NCBI RefSeq assembly: GCF_964355755.1 | Contig: NC_092676.1 | Span: 13,534,871 to 13,598,870 of the forward strand | DNA from: Antedon mediterranea | Lineage: Eukaryota > Animalia > Echinodermata | Length of the DNA stretch: 64,000 nucleotides | Direction: 5' to 3' | Shown here: positions 34,350 through 47,900 of the stretch, piece after piece | Position numbering within the stretch: the first letter of the stretch is position 1 | Layout of the letters: each line of letters opens with the position of its first letter | The notes under the pieces: generated by a model | Told to the model about the DNA's origin: nothing | Databases searched by the model: none | The model's input: the letters and a program-made list of their open reading frames with translations, nothing else | Program-made: the position numbers and the translations under genes

Positions 34350-34508
34350 TATAAAACAAATAATGAATGTTTTATATTCGTGTAATGGTACAAATAATGG
34401 CATTTGGTGAATGATGAAAGGTTATATAAATATAACCTTTCTTCATTCACCTCATGCCATTATTTGTACTCATTAGGCCTACACTTAAAAACATTCATTG
34501 TTTGTATA
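34350..34508. repeat. ~160-bp hairpin (MITE-like palindrome)
   Basis: GTACAAATAATGGCATTTGGTGAATGATGAAAGGTTATAT / ATATAACCTTTCTTCATTCACCTCATGCCATTATTTGTAC. Confidence 0.8.
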
Positions 34509-34784
34509 ATAGCTATAGCAGTACCATGTATTTGAATGTGATAGCTATGCAGCTATACCATATTGAGTTACTGCTATTCAGTTACTGTATACAGAATGCT
34601 AAAGTTACGGCTATATAGCTACGGGTGTCACGAAAAATAAGACCCAAGACCTTAGATTACCAATAGTTCCCTTTCGCACCTGTCTTGTATGTTAACTCTA
34701 AATGTGTTAACCAACTTTATCCTGAATATCACACCTTAGAGTTATTATTTTACGAAGAATAATCAATAAAGTAACAAATAATAA

Positions 34785-35550
34785 ACTAGAATTTAATTCG
34801 TCACTTTGACGAATTGTAGGTGATCATTTTTATCATTTTACTGAAATTAATTTTTTTTAAACATGCACGTACATTAACATACGATCGGAAAATGTTGAAG
34901 TATGCCATCCTATTATACGCTTTTATAGTGCCGAGTTGTCCCTATTATATGCCATATACAATGTGTACAGTATACTATATATCTATATACAGTGTAGCAT
35001 AGGTGAAATTACGGGACACACATCATGTTCTAATTTTTTGGTATGATGAAATTATGAAAATAAACTCGAAGAAGGCAATTTCGAAAGATAATGGATTGAG
35101 CAAATAAATATAAGAATTGGAAGAGAATTTGGCACGTAGAAGTGCAATGCGCGCTCTTTGAAATTTGTATAACTTTGACTAAAGAAATTTAAAAACTACT
35201 TTTTAACTTCAACTGGCCATATCATAACGTTACAACATCCGATAGGATTAATTTTTATATGAATTCATATCTACATTTCATCGGCTTTCATAATAAGTTA
35301 TAATCTTCAAGGTCACCTTTAATTCTGAAGAGCTGTAAGATATTTAAATATACAGCGAAGGTGAAATTACACAACCTATGTTATCCAGGTTTTTACGCAT
35401 GATGACGTAATTAAAATGAAAATACATGTAGTAGCAACTCATGAAAAAGTAAATTACTTAAGAAAGCACATACAGTACTAACATTTTAGTGAAAAGCGAG
35501 CTTGAATAACCAAGATGTACTCTCCTGAATATGATAACCTACAAAACAAA
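34785..35550 (-). mobile_element. Truncated copy of the 1932-3438 Helentron-type family (3' part)
   Basis: Near-identical to 1932-2615, including the CTAG, hairpin and AGGTGATCA end. Confidence 0.85.
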
Positions 35551-36562
35551 CAGTGGCGGATCTAGGGATGAATATGGTGACTAGCCACCCCCTTAATTTT
35601 CTAAAAAAAATAAAAAATGATACAACCAACCTGTGACCATCGCTAGACATGGATTTGACGTACCTGATTCATTGCTAAGAGTAGGCCTAGAGCTAGGGTC
35701 ATTATAGTTGTGTAAATAGGCCTACATAGTGAAGTCAATAGTTTAAAAAAGAAAACGTGATTTAAATTTATCGGAAAATACCCACAACTGAGCTATTTTC
35801 AAAACACACGCACTCGATCCCCTACACTACCAGTGTCTAGCTTGCTCTCTAAGTGTGAATACTAACGTCACCTCTCTCCAAAAGTACCAAAGTGTTGACC
35901 ATTTTTCATTTCAGTTAATTACCACCCTGGTCCGTGTGCACATGTTAGCGTGGTATTCTTATTTACAGCCTTGTGCAGAGTGGAATGTATCATTTTTTTA
36001 TAGAATTATGGTATGCAGTATGAATTAAAAATTAACGAGAAACATGGTGTTCTTTTATAATTTCATAGGCATAATAAACATGAAATGTCTTGTTGTATGT
36101 ACACGCCGAAAACGTGTGGCATATTTGGCGTTTTATTGATTTTGTGTTATAGCAATAGACACAGCGATCACTGCAACCATTGTATACTAAATTACATAAA
36201 GTTATGCTCCCGGCTGTAGGGTGTATATCTGAGGTTTACAGACCATAACACAGTACATACACGTACACCATATCGGAGGCATTTTTGGCGTACCGTGCGA
36301 TCAAATGTTTATTTCGTTCAAAGTGTTTTTCGATCACAGTTTATTATCAGTTAGTCGAAAAAAGATCCATATTTAGGAAGGAGTTATTTAAATTTACATT
36401 ATGTAACATTTGTTATCAAATGTGATGGAAACAGTTTCCCTTGCCTAACAGTGTGTAAGCCTAATCACACTCAGCTCTACTGTACATGTGGAAATTTCGG
36501 AGTGGCCTCTAGATGAATTTGTGTTATTTTTCATTTAACCTTCGTATTGTTTTTTCCTAGCA

Positions 36563-36802
36563 ATGACAAAATTTGAGGTTCAACGGGTACTGGTGACATC
36601 TGCTGCAGCTCTGATGATGGTTGGATGGATATATTATTGGATAAAGCTAAAACAAAAACGGGAAAAAGAAGTGATACAGAAACAAGAACTAATACCAATT
36701 TCAAAATACAGAAATGACAGCAGAACAATTGTTGTTATCAAATCCCAAAAAGAATTGAATGATGTATTACCAAAGCTAAAAGAAGACTTACATTTATTTA
36801 AG
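36563..36802 (+). CDS. EXD2: EXD2-like exonuclease, first coding exon (N-terminal membrane anchor)
   Basis: Acceptor TTTTTCCTAG just before the ATG. Hydrophobic VLVTSAAALMMVGWIYYWI followed by a basic stretch, then IVVIKSQKELNDVLPKLKEDLHLFK. Phase-0 donor AAG|GTTTGT. Confidence 0.8.
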
Positions 36803-37646
36803 GTTTGTATTGTATTGAAACATTAAATTCTGACTTTAAAGTCTTGGAACTAGCACAAATAATATTCCCAACAGAATTTCTGGACAATTGTTACAGTACT
36901 GACTACATATCATGTGTACGTGTAAAATATGTGTAATTGCTGTGTTCACGCTGTGCCTTTAGGCAGTTATATTCAAGAGAACGGAATCATTAGGAAACGG
37001 TAGCTTATTGTTTACTATGGTCATTTATGGCCGCGCTGAAGCCTTTCTGCTGTCAGGGGAAATTACCATCCCGGCGGCTGGCCCTGGTGTATATAATATA
37101 CAGTAGTCTGCAATTAATGCATGTGTGTGTGTTTAGCTAGACATTTCCCAAATGTTTTGTTTACTCTACTCACGCACTGCATGCATGAGGAAAGTTTATT
37201 AAGCAGCGTCTAAAATGCATAACGCATAAATATTTGATTTTGATAAGATTAAGACGCCATTGATCGAAGATACAATAATGTTACTTTTTAATCTGAAAAG
37301 GACACACCTATCGAAAAATAGCCAATTCGGGTAAATAGGCGACAGATGGCTCTCGTTTGTGCAGCGCACGACACTCGATACAGTAGTTCAGGTAGACTTG
37401 ATCATCCATGTGTCGTGTAACGTCTGTTTCTCTACCACTCAGCTGTGCAGTCTATCTCTATTCTCCTACCTCCATCATGTTGAAATAACAAAGAGATGCC
37501 TGGTACAACGAGACAAGTTGACGAATAATGGAGCTTGAATTAAACAAAAATAAGACATACAAAATAAGACATACAATATAATTAAAGTAAAATATAACAA
37601 AGAAAGTAAAATTAAAATGGATAATTACTGTAGAGACATTATATAA

Positions 37647-37830
37647 ATGATCAGCAGTGATCATCATGATTAGCAGTGATCATCATGATCAGCAGTGATC
37701 ATCATGATCAGCAGTGATCATCATGATCAGCAGTGATCATCATGATCAGTCTGAGCAGTGTTCAGCATGATCAGACAGTGATCAGCATGATCAGTAATCA
37801 GTGTGTGAGCAGTAATCAAGTGATCAGCGT
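37647..37830. repeat. 19-bp tandem repeat TGATCAGCAGTGATCATCA, intronic
   Basis: About 5 clean copies, then degenerate. Confidence 0.85.
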
Positions 37831-37883
37831 TTAAAAGACACTGCCAGTTTATTTTACCATTTTTTACTCTTGCTGTGCAATAG

Positions 37884-38050
37884 GTTTTAGGTGTAGATTG
37901 TGAATGGTGTACTAAAGATAAGAAGACCCTACCAGTGGCACTGATCCAGGTAGCAACTATCAATGGCCTCTGTATACTTGTGAGAATGAACCTTCTGAAG
38001 TCAAAAGCTAAACTCCCAACAGAATTTCTTGATGTCTTAGCAGATAAAAG
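37884..38050 (+). CDS. EXD2: EXD2-like exonuclease, second coding exon (ExoI motif DxE)
   Basis: TAG|GTTTTAGGT gives VLGVDCEWCTKDKKTLPVALIQVATINGLCILVRMNLLKSKAKLPTEFLDVLADK, which matches the EXD2 pattern VLGIDCEW...LLQ.A...G.CVL.R...LP..L..ILAD. Phase-2 donor AG|GTATTG. Not in the ORF track. Confidence 0.88.
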
Positions 38051-39899
38051 GTATTGTGGGTCATTCCATCTTAAATCAAAAAACAAATAAATTTGACATT
38101 GACATTGATTTTGCTTAAATTTGGTGCAAAAATCTAAAACGTCACAGTTCCAAATTTTAGCTTAGGGACATTAGATGGATGTACCGTACTGAAAAATCCT
38201 TTTTGTGTACCAATTTTAAGCAAAAAGCCATGACAAGTGAAAAAGAATGCATTGGTTGAATTATGGCAGAATGACGCTTGCATTCTTCAAAATTAATACA
38301 CTTTCTTACACTTTACCAAAGAATATATCAGAAGATTGAGCAATCCATGGTTTTTCCTCAAACACTAATGTTTTTAGGGCACCACTTTTTTATTTTTATG
38401 ATAAAAAATGTTATCTGCATGCCAACACATCATGTTTATGCTATTTGGATATTAAATTGTTCGTTTTATGCAAATTCATTTTAAAAGTAAAACTACCGGG
38501 CGCATTGTTGTTGACGCATTTTCACGAAGGATAGTTTGCTGAGACATCATCTCATCCAAACTGATACTTGAAACCAGTAATCTAGATGCTTTAAAATGTT
38601 GGCCGATTTTCTACACCAAGTAAATTGTGATTTTACTTTGTCTCCAACTGCAATTATTGATGGATAGATTATGGTTGTTTAGTGCATCTTTAAGGTTCAT
38701 GAGTATTGATTGTCTTACGTAACGTACTCAAGTCGTTTGCATTCAAATACGAAATGATACATTACAGGTCAATAACTCTACTTCCTGACATTTTTTAAAA
38801 AAATCTTCTATTAAACAGAATAGAAACATATATATTCTGAACAATCTGTCATGATGAACTTTCCACACTCCAATAGTGCCAATTTTCAAAAACAGGTCAA
38901 AGGTAAAATATGGTATTTCTAGTCATTATTTAAGAAAAAACTTCATTATAGTAAATAGAAATGTTTATGTTCTGAACATTTTGACACCTAAATTAACTCT
39001 TTTATGGATATCATTATCAAAATATATTAACCTTTAAATGCAGTTGGCAATTGTACCATAAAGGTCTAAGGCAAAACTGCGTACTTCCAGGCATTTTTGG
39101 ATGACATTTTTCATTAAACTAAATAGTAACATATATAATTTGAACAATTTGACACCAAAATAAACTGTCTGTGATAACTATTTACTGGAGATATGGCAAT
39201 GTGTTAAAATATGGGTCAAAGGTTAAAACTGGTACTTCCGGTCATTTTTTTCAAAAAACGTCATTAGAGTGAATAGGAATGTTTATGTTCTAAACATTTT
39301 GAGCTAAAAATCAACTCTATAACCAGTAGTTTCAGAGATATAGAGTGTTTAAGCGAAAATGTCCGCCATTTTAAAGTATGTAAATGTCATGTCATTTTAC
39401 TTGGCCCCCATCAAAAATTTAATTTGTAGATGGTGGGCAACCTGTATACCAAATTTGGTGCTTTTGGAAGAAATTGAACAAAACACCCTTATTTCAGCCC
39501 TAACAGACTTCACTATACTATACTATATTTATCACCAACATATTGACGTATTCTCATCATCACTTTCCAACTGTATTTCAAATGCTGAATTTGTTTTTAT
39601 TCTGTAACCTTCAAAACAAAGGCTTAGCAAAATCATAATCATAGTAGCTCATAAATTAGCTTATGGTGGCCATTTTGACAATCAAAATGGTGGTCATTGT
39701 GTGAACTTCAAAAAGTTGTATTTAAATTTCTTGATCCTCAAAACATACACTTTGCCACTAAAATCATTTCCTTAAATGATGTAGAAGCTGAGGTATGAGG
39801 ACAAATCTGTTGTAAATGTTATGGCAGCCATTAGGCGAACTTTAAAATACTGTATTTAGACTTCTTGACCTTCAAAACATATACTTTTCCACCAAAGTC

Positions 39900-42800
39900 G
39901 AGTAAAGCGCAGGATTAGCTGTTTTGGGTTTGTATCTGCTTTTTTCTGTGTTAAGACATACAGAATGATTTTGTGGCTATTTTGTTGCTATGATCATGCT
40001 AGTTAATGCTAGTTGTGCCATTATTGGTAAAATAGACAGTGGGACTGTTATTATGCTATCAAGTGTAAGGGTTAAAGTAGGTATCCCAATGAAGCGGATT
40101 TTCGTTACCGCGATTTTAACACGTTCGTGAAATTTCAAAAAGTGACGTGTCTTTGAAGTTAAAAATATACTATTTCTTATATACACATGTGAATAAAAAT
40201 TATATGTCTGGAAAGATCTTGTTTAAGGGATTATTTTCATATATTTTTAATCTATGTTTATTAAATATTTTAATAGAAAACGCGAGTTAAAAATGAGGTA
40301 CAAAAGCCGGCGAGCCGAAATCCGCGCGCTAAAAATTACTTTGGAAAACACCTACCCATTTTCAAAACACGATCGCACGAGGTCCATAATAGGTGGTGGA
40401 GTAATTTTTGTTGCATGTTATCAGGCTTTAAATACTCTTTATTTTGATATGTAAATCGGTTATTTTTATTATTATTATTATTTTAACGATAAAAATTGAA
40501 TTTTTTAGTCTTTCTCATTATCAAAATCTGGCTAATTTAGTATTGAATTGAAGCTAATTTATATTTCTGTTTGATAAACCACATCGTTTTATTTGACTTT
40601 GCATGGACCTCGTGCGAAGAGGCCAACAAGACCAACCACTGAAAAAAATAATCCCTACCATAAATATCAGTGTTTACCATTTTCCTTACGGGGGGATTCA
40701 GTTCTCCGCTTATTACTAAATTACCGTCGCCCAGACAATGTGCATGGTATGCATGTATTAGCGCGTTAATTAATGATTGGATAACCCCTGCAGTGGACTG
40801 TTCCATTTTCTGAACTAGTCTTCGCCGCACACGAGGCATGTCGAAAAATGTCGCCTCATGGAATATTTGCTTCGAAACGTCAATTTTACCGATTTATTAA
40901 ATTATTTAATAAGTGGAATATTTATAAATCTACTATATAAAGCAAGTAGGTTAGGAAGAAATGTACCGAAGAAATTTAAGAAGCTTTGATTTTGCTATGC
41001 AGCGGCCGTAAGCCATTCTATGTAGGCGGCCGAAACGCGCTTTGGCCTGTGTTGCCGTTGTATGTCTACGCTGTTTCTAGGCCTAAATTTTATTCCGTAT
41101 ATTTCAATTCAAAGTGCAACTTTCGGTTAGAATAATCGAAAGGGAAATAAAATTAAACATGTTACAATTATACCATTGAGGTAATTACTTTGTTAAATAA
41201 AAAATTTCTTCCCGATATTTCTTAGTTTAGGCAGAATTTAGCGTCAGGCTTTTATTTAGACCTTCTAGGGGCCTATATAACTTAACTTGTAGTAGGCGCG
41301 GCCGAGTCTACGTTCGGCCCGGCGCTCCAAATGGAATCGAACACATAATAAGCACGGGCTTAATTCTTATTTTTGGCGGTTCTAAAATCAATTAAAATAA
41401 TATATGATTATAAATATAACTTTAAATAGTAGAATTATAAAAAAAATGTATACTTACGAAAAATAATATTTAATGAAAAGAAACAATACCCACACAGTTT
41501 TTTAATGCAATATTATTTTTTTTCACATTTTAACATTTTTTAACAATATTTTATGTTGTATTTCAGAATTACCTACCTGTCAATATAAATAACCTTACTA
41601 AAATACATATTACATTTTATGCAATGCAAAAAAAAAGAAGTTAATTCACACATTGGTTCAAAAGTTATGAATCATTTAAAGACAGGAACTTTTTGCGCAT
41701 TTTTGAGACATTGGGAAAATCACGCGTAAAAAGCCCTCGGACGAATTTTGGAGGGCGATATCTAAAAAAAAAAATGTCGAGGACACCCAAAAAAAATATA
41801 TTCTTGTACAACTCTGTTGTATCTATGGGTTTGGAAAAAATAAGAACTTTAAAATTATTAGTATAAAAGTTATAACCCTTCAAAAATGGGTTCAAATATA
41901 ATTAGAAAAAGTGCCATTTTTCAAGCAAAAATTCTGTTTTTTGGGCACTTTAACGGACCATAACTTTTGAATTGATAATCCGATTTCTATCATTTAAATT
42001 GCAAAAGTTTATGTTCAGTAAGTTCCTTCTGATTAACTGAAAGAAAAAGTGCCATCATTAATTTGAATTTTTACATTGGGATACCTAGTTAAAGTGTTAC
42101 TGCTATAGTAGCTATTTCTGCTATAGCTTATAAAGCAGTTGTGGTTGCTCCTGATATGCTATTATGCTATTAAAGTCTAAGGGTTAAGTGTTATTGCTAT
42201 AGCTGCTATTTCTGCTATAGCTTAGAAAGTAGTTGTAGTTGCTACTGATATGCTATTATGCTATTGAAGTCTAAAGGTGAAGTGTTACTGCTATAGCTGC
42301 TATTTCTGCTATAGCTTAATAATAATAATAATAAACAGTATTTATATAGCGCCTAATGGATCACTAATGGTAATAAACTATCCCCCGCCGGACACCATTC
42401 CAGTCTTTCTTAGTCAAGGTTTCGGGGATGGAGACAATCAATAATGTGAAGAAAAAAAAAATGTAACTAAGCTTACTGTAACTTAGAAAGCAGTTGTGGT
42501 TGCTACTGATATGCTACTGTATGCAATTGAATTCTATGCTTAGGTGTTACTGCTATTTCTGCTATAGCTTAGAAAGCTATTGTGGTTGCTACTGATATGC
42601 TACTGTGGTATTGAAGTTTAAGGGTTAAGTGTTTACTGCTATAGCTGCTATTTCTGCTACAGCTTAGAAAGTAGTTGTGGTTGTTACTGATATGCTATAC
42701 AATTGAATTCTATGCTTAGGTGTTGCTGCTATTTCTGCTATAGCTCGGAAAGCAGTTGTGGTTGCTACTGTCTAAGGGTTAAGTGTTACTGCTATAGCTG

Positions 42801-43190
42801 CTATTTCCCATTCAGTAGGAATATTGTATGCAGCATGCAATTCTGAAAAGCAGTACCTTGTTATTTTGTTTTGATCGTGAGGTCGAATTCATCTTGAATC
42901 ATACACAGTTGGTTGCTGACACTGAATATATGTGCAGTTATTTGTTATGTACTTTTGAAGCCTGGATGTAAGGGATGAGGGTGGAATGAGTGTCCAATTT
43001 TACCCTGGCACAGATGGGTGTAATAATCACCTTCTGACCTTGGAGGCATTGAATTGTATAAAGAGGGTGGCATGAAGCTACAGACCCATTGCCTCTGTTG
43101 TAACTTCATTTATTCATTTGTGGTTGCTACTGATATGCTATTGAAGTCTAAGGGTTAAGTGTTACTGCTATAGCTGCTATTTCTGCCCAT
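39900..43190 (+). mobile_element. Older or truncated copy of the GCTAT-satellite TIR family
   Basis: Starts GAGTAAAGCGCAGGATT, as at 44634. ~80-bp TGCTATAGC units at 42095-42810. Right TIR not found. Confidence 0.65.
40076..42089. mobile_element. TIR element at a TTAA site, Kolobok-like (tentative)
   Basis: TTAA-AGTAGGTATCCCAATG ... CATTGGGATACCTAG-TTAA interrupts the host unit AAGGGTTAAGTGTTACTG. Confidence 0.6.
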
Positions 43191-43529
43191 TGAGTAGGAA
43201 TATTGTATGCAGCATGCAATTCTGAAAAGCAGCTGAATCCAGTACCTTGTTATTTTGTTTTGATGGTGAGGTGGAATTCATCTTGAATCATACACAGTTG
43301 GTTGATGACACTGAATGTATGTGCAGTTATTTTTTATGTATTTTTGAAGCCTGGATGTAAGAGATGAGGGTGGGATGAGTGTTTGAGCATGCTCAGTTTC
43401 CAATTTTACCCTGGTACAGATGGGTGTAATAATCACCTTATCCTGACCTTGGAGGCATTGAATTGTATAAAGAGGGTGGCATGAAGCTACAGACCCATTT
43501 CCTCCAGGTTGTAACTTCATTTATTCATT
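42750..43529 (+). repeat. Tandem duplication of ~370 bp
   Basis: ~42745-43118 and ~43119-43529 share CATT(C/G)AGTAGGAATATTG...CTTCATTTATTCATT, with small indels. Confidence 0.85.
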
Positions 43530-44995
43530 AAACGGATGCACAACAACCAAAACTGAACAATTTTACATCTCAAAATTGCATTGCATATTATGAGAAACAA
43601 CAAATAATATAAGGTTGTTTATAAGTGATGCGCAAATAGCAATGATCAGGAAATGGAAACTTAAAAATTAATTAAGTAGTATTGACATGGCATCGAAATA
43701 AGATTGCATTTAATTAAGGACAATTCACTTGTTCCTTGTTTTCAATAATAGCATAGATAATGAAACATTCCAATAACTCTCATTAAAAGAATTTCTGAAT
43801 ATACATCTAGAGCTATACACGCCAGGCATTTTGCATGAGGGTGGTTAACCCATTGAATACACTTAAACTGTGTATACTAATAAAAGGTTAGATTTAGTTG
43901 ACACAGTTGAGGTTATTTAAATGGTTAGGTTCAGTTCATAGCTGAGGTTAGGTTTGGTTCAGTTGATAGATCAGAGATTATTAAGAGGGTTAGGTTCAGT
44001 TGATAGTTGAGATTATTTAGGGGGTTAAGTTTAGTTGATACTTTGACAAATTATGAAAAGGGGTGATTCAGTTGATACTTGAGATTATTTAGAGGGAGGT
44101 CTGTTATAATAATACTGCTTTAGTATAGCGACCTATATACTGTATAAAGTAATAAGACACCATAGTCATACCATATAGATTAACCAATCACGAGCCACCT
44201 TACTGATATCACTTTGTACAGTTCAGTTACAGACTTCTTACAATAAAGACTATCCTTATTTATATACTTGAGAGTTTCTTCATTTATTATCGATATATAT
44301 AACATAGCATGGTGACCCCGACCTCAGTTTTCTATCAGAAAAGGAGGTAAATACATGCAGAAACAACAGAGCGGACTTTTGTGAAATTTCTATACCATAG
44401 GATTCACTGGGAGCTTGGTTACCTTCAGAATTGTTAATTGGACAAGATACCTGAAATTGGAAATACGTCACATATTACTTGGGAGTACAGAAAACAAAAA
44501 CAAAAAACTGTGAGTATTCATTTTCATAAGAAGAGGATTATTGTGATACAACTTGAAGCAAAACCAACAGTACCTAGCATAGGATAATATACACTATCTA
44601 CAAGTTAAGAAAGAAGTAAGACACTCCCAACTCGAGTAAAGCGCAGGATTGGTCATTTTGGAGTTTTCAGAGCTTATACTTGTGTTGTAGCATACAGGTT
44701 TTTTTTGCTATTTGTTGCTTTAATTTAACCATGCTATGTATGCTAATATTGCTATTTCTGCTTATAGCTGGAAAAGCAGTTGTGGTTGCTAGTGATATGT
44801 TATTGTGCTATTGAAGTCTTAGGGATAAGTCTTACTGCTATAGCAGCTTGTGGTAACGGGAACTAGAGTGGGCGTTGAGGGCAGGTGGTTGAAACACGAG
44901 GTTGAGAAAGAAAGTAGACAATAAAGTGTTGATTCATAAGACTGTGTTTTCTTGCTCTTATTTAAATTGTGTGGATACTACAATTGGCGACGAGG

Positions 44996-47900
44996 ATGAA
45001 CTATAATATAGTGAGTAAACCACACCCATTTCTGGAATCTCCAGGCACGCCCGTTGTTCAGTGGAAAACATGGAAAATAATATTTCAAAATTACTTGTCG
45101 GCTGCTGACTTGGAGGGAGCGTCGGCGGGCCGCCGCAAAGCTATCCTGATAGCGTCGTTAGGTACTGAAGCTCAACGGATTTATTACACTGTTTTGAACA
45201 GTAGGGCTACTTCGGCTGCCATACCAGGTGCACAGCAGGCAGCAGATGATGATAATGATGAATTTACAAGAGCATTACAATTACTTGGTGACTATTTTGA
45301 ACCTAAAATTAACGTGGTAGCGGAAAGGTACAAGTTTCGTAGCCGATCTCATGAACCAGGTGAGAACGTTCAAACGTTTGTTTTAGCTCTTAAACACTTA
45401 GCAAGTACGTGCCAGTTTGCTGGGTTGCATGACGACATGATCCGTGATCAGATTGTAGAAAAAACAAACTCTACAAGAGTACGTGAAAGATTATTAATGG
45501 AGAAAGACTTGACCTTGACCAAAGCTATTCAGATTGCAGAGAGGGTCGAAGCAGCTGAGAAGGAACGGAAAGCGATAGAGGGGATAGCGGTAAAGATTCC
45601 TGATGAACTCAATGCAGTACCAATGCCAGTGTGTGCACAAACACAGGTGAACAAAAGGAGCTACCGTAACAATGGTCCTAGACTTGCCCCAAGTCTGTAT
45701 TTATTGTCTTTTTTTATATTTACAGTATTTGTTTTTATTTCGACCGCGATTTTCTCTGAAAATACAGACTTGTGAAACACGTATAGAAATCGATTTGCAG
45801 ACCGCAAACATCCGATAAGAATGACGTAGGTTATCATACCGTATTTGGCTATATGGGGCGGGCGGTATGTAAATATGGATTTCGAATCAACCAATGATCA
45901 TTTTGTTTCAAAATGAAAAAGATAGAGTACGATCGAGACTGAACAACTGTTGAAATATAAAATCGTGTTGCCAAGTTGTTTTGTTTATTAATTGTTTAGT
46001 CCTGGCCTAGGCCTCCTTCGTAGGGATACTCAACTCGTACGTATGACCTGCCAAATAGAACGCCAATAAGGTACATACCACCACCGACCGGCACACAACA
46101 GGGCTACACCGGCACACAACTGGGCTACACCACCACAAAGAACAGGACAGGGTATGGATGGGTGGGAAATAAATTAAATTATCTCCGCATAATAAATGAT
46201 CCATTCAATGTTTGATTTGCGGAGAAGCTAGCCTATCATATCAAGACGAGTTTTCATGTTCTTGGGAAAAATCCCATCAAATGTTTACCAGACTACTAGG
46301 CATATAAAATTATTTCTAGCTTTCAGAAACTTTCATCAATGTACCGTACCCAAGTACACATTGTCTAAACGTAATATAGCGCATGCGCATCGTCTTAGAT
46401 GTTGAGTCTTTGAAATTCTGAAATATGAATATTAAAACAGTGTACGAGTGAGTAGCCAATCGCATGCAGCTGAAACGAGTCAACCGGATAATCGTATGCA
46501 CCAAGAATTCTTGGTGTCAAACCACGTGACTTGTGCGTGTTTCCCCAGACGGAGTATCCAAACTCAAGTAATACACGTATGAAACGCCATATGTGCAAAA
46601 ATATTTATATTTTTACTAATATTAAGACAAAACTCCGTCTGGAGCCCAGACTACAATGGTCCTAATGGGGAAGGAAAAAGACGATGTTTTCGATGCGGGT
46701 CACAACGCCACCTGGCAAATTCTGATGAATGTCCAGCAAGGAGTCGAGTATGCCGTAAGTGTTCCAGAGTAGGCCACTTTCAGCGCATGTGTCGGGAAGT
46801 TGGTAATGCAAATGTTATGCAGTGTTTCGATGGAGAAGCTAATGGTGAGTGCATGAGGAAGACAAATGTTTCAGTGACTATTCGTGTGAATAATGTGAAC
46901 CTACCTTTTGTTGTTGATACAGCGTCAGATGTATCCCTGTTAAGTATGAAACTGTTTCAAAGACATTTTGTGCAGGAAGCACTGTACCCAAGTGGAGTTA
47001 ATTTGTTAACTTTATACAAGACAAACAATTAAAATTGTTGGAGAATTTAATGCATTGGTTAAGTACAAGTCAAAAATGGCTACAGCAAAGTTTTTAGTAG
47101 TAGACCAAGGGTGTTCTATTTTGGGAAAACATTTAATTCAAAGGCTAGCGTTAACAATTGATGGGTCAACTATGTCATGTTTGACAATGAAAGTTGAGAA
47201 CTGTGAGGGTGAGGATACCAATATGGGTTGGGTAAAAAATAAGTTTCCCCATCTATTTGGTTCTGATCTGGGACACATTAAAGGTTTTGAGCATACAGTT
47301 AAGGTTAATTCCCAAGTGCCACCTGTGCAGCAAGCACTGAGAAGACTGCCTCTGGCAGTTCGGGACAAAGTTACTAATGAGTTGAATAGGTTGGAGAAGG
47401 AAGGAGTTATTGAAAGGGTTAAGGGGGCAACCGATTGGGTGTCTCCATTAGTAGTTGTTTGGAAGAAAAATGGTGGAATACGACTTTGTGTGGATTTGAG
47501 AAAAGTAAATGAATCCATAGTAATTGAAAAACACCCTTTACCAAAAATTGATGAATTATTAGATACCATGTCAGGTGCTAAATTGTTTAGCAAATTAGAT
47601 TTGAAGTCTGCATATCACCAGTTAAATTTACATGAAAATAGTAGGGACCTTACAACGTTTGTATCCCACAAGGGTTTGTACAGATTTAAAAAGGTGTGCT
47701 TTGGGTTGGCTTCTGCTCCTACCGCATTTCAAAAATTAATGTCAATAATACTGCAAGGAATTCCCAATATTGGGTACTTTATTGATGATATTTTTGTTTT
47801 TGGCAGGACTAAATCAGACCATGATACAGCTCTAAGGGCAGTACTCAATAGGCTTCAAGAGTATGGAATGCGCCTCAATGACAAGTGTGAGTTTGGAGTG

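Noticed and set aside
38670-38730. Candidate third EXD2 exon after TTGTTTTAG
   Set aside because: Phase-2 translation is not EXD2-like and stops within 14 codons.
40537-40839. 100-aa minus-strand ORF (MPRVRRR...) in the Kolobok-like element
   Set aside because: Could be a first-exon relic, but it has no diagnostic motif.
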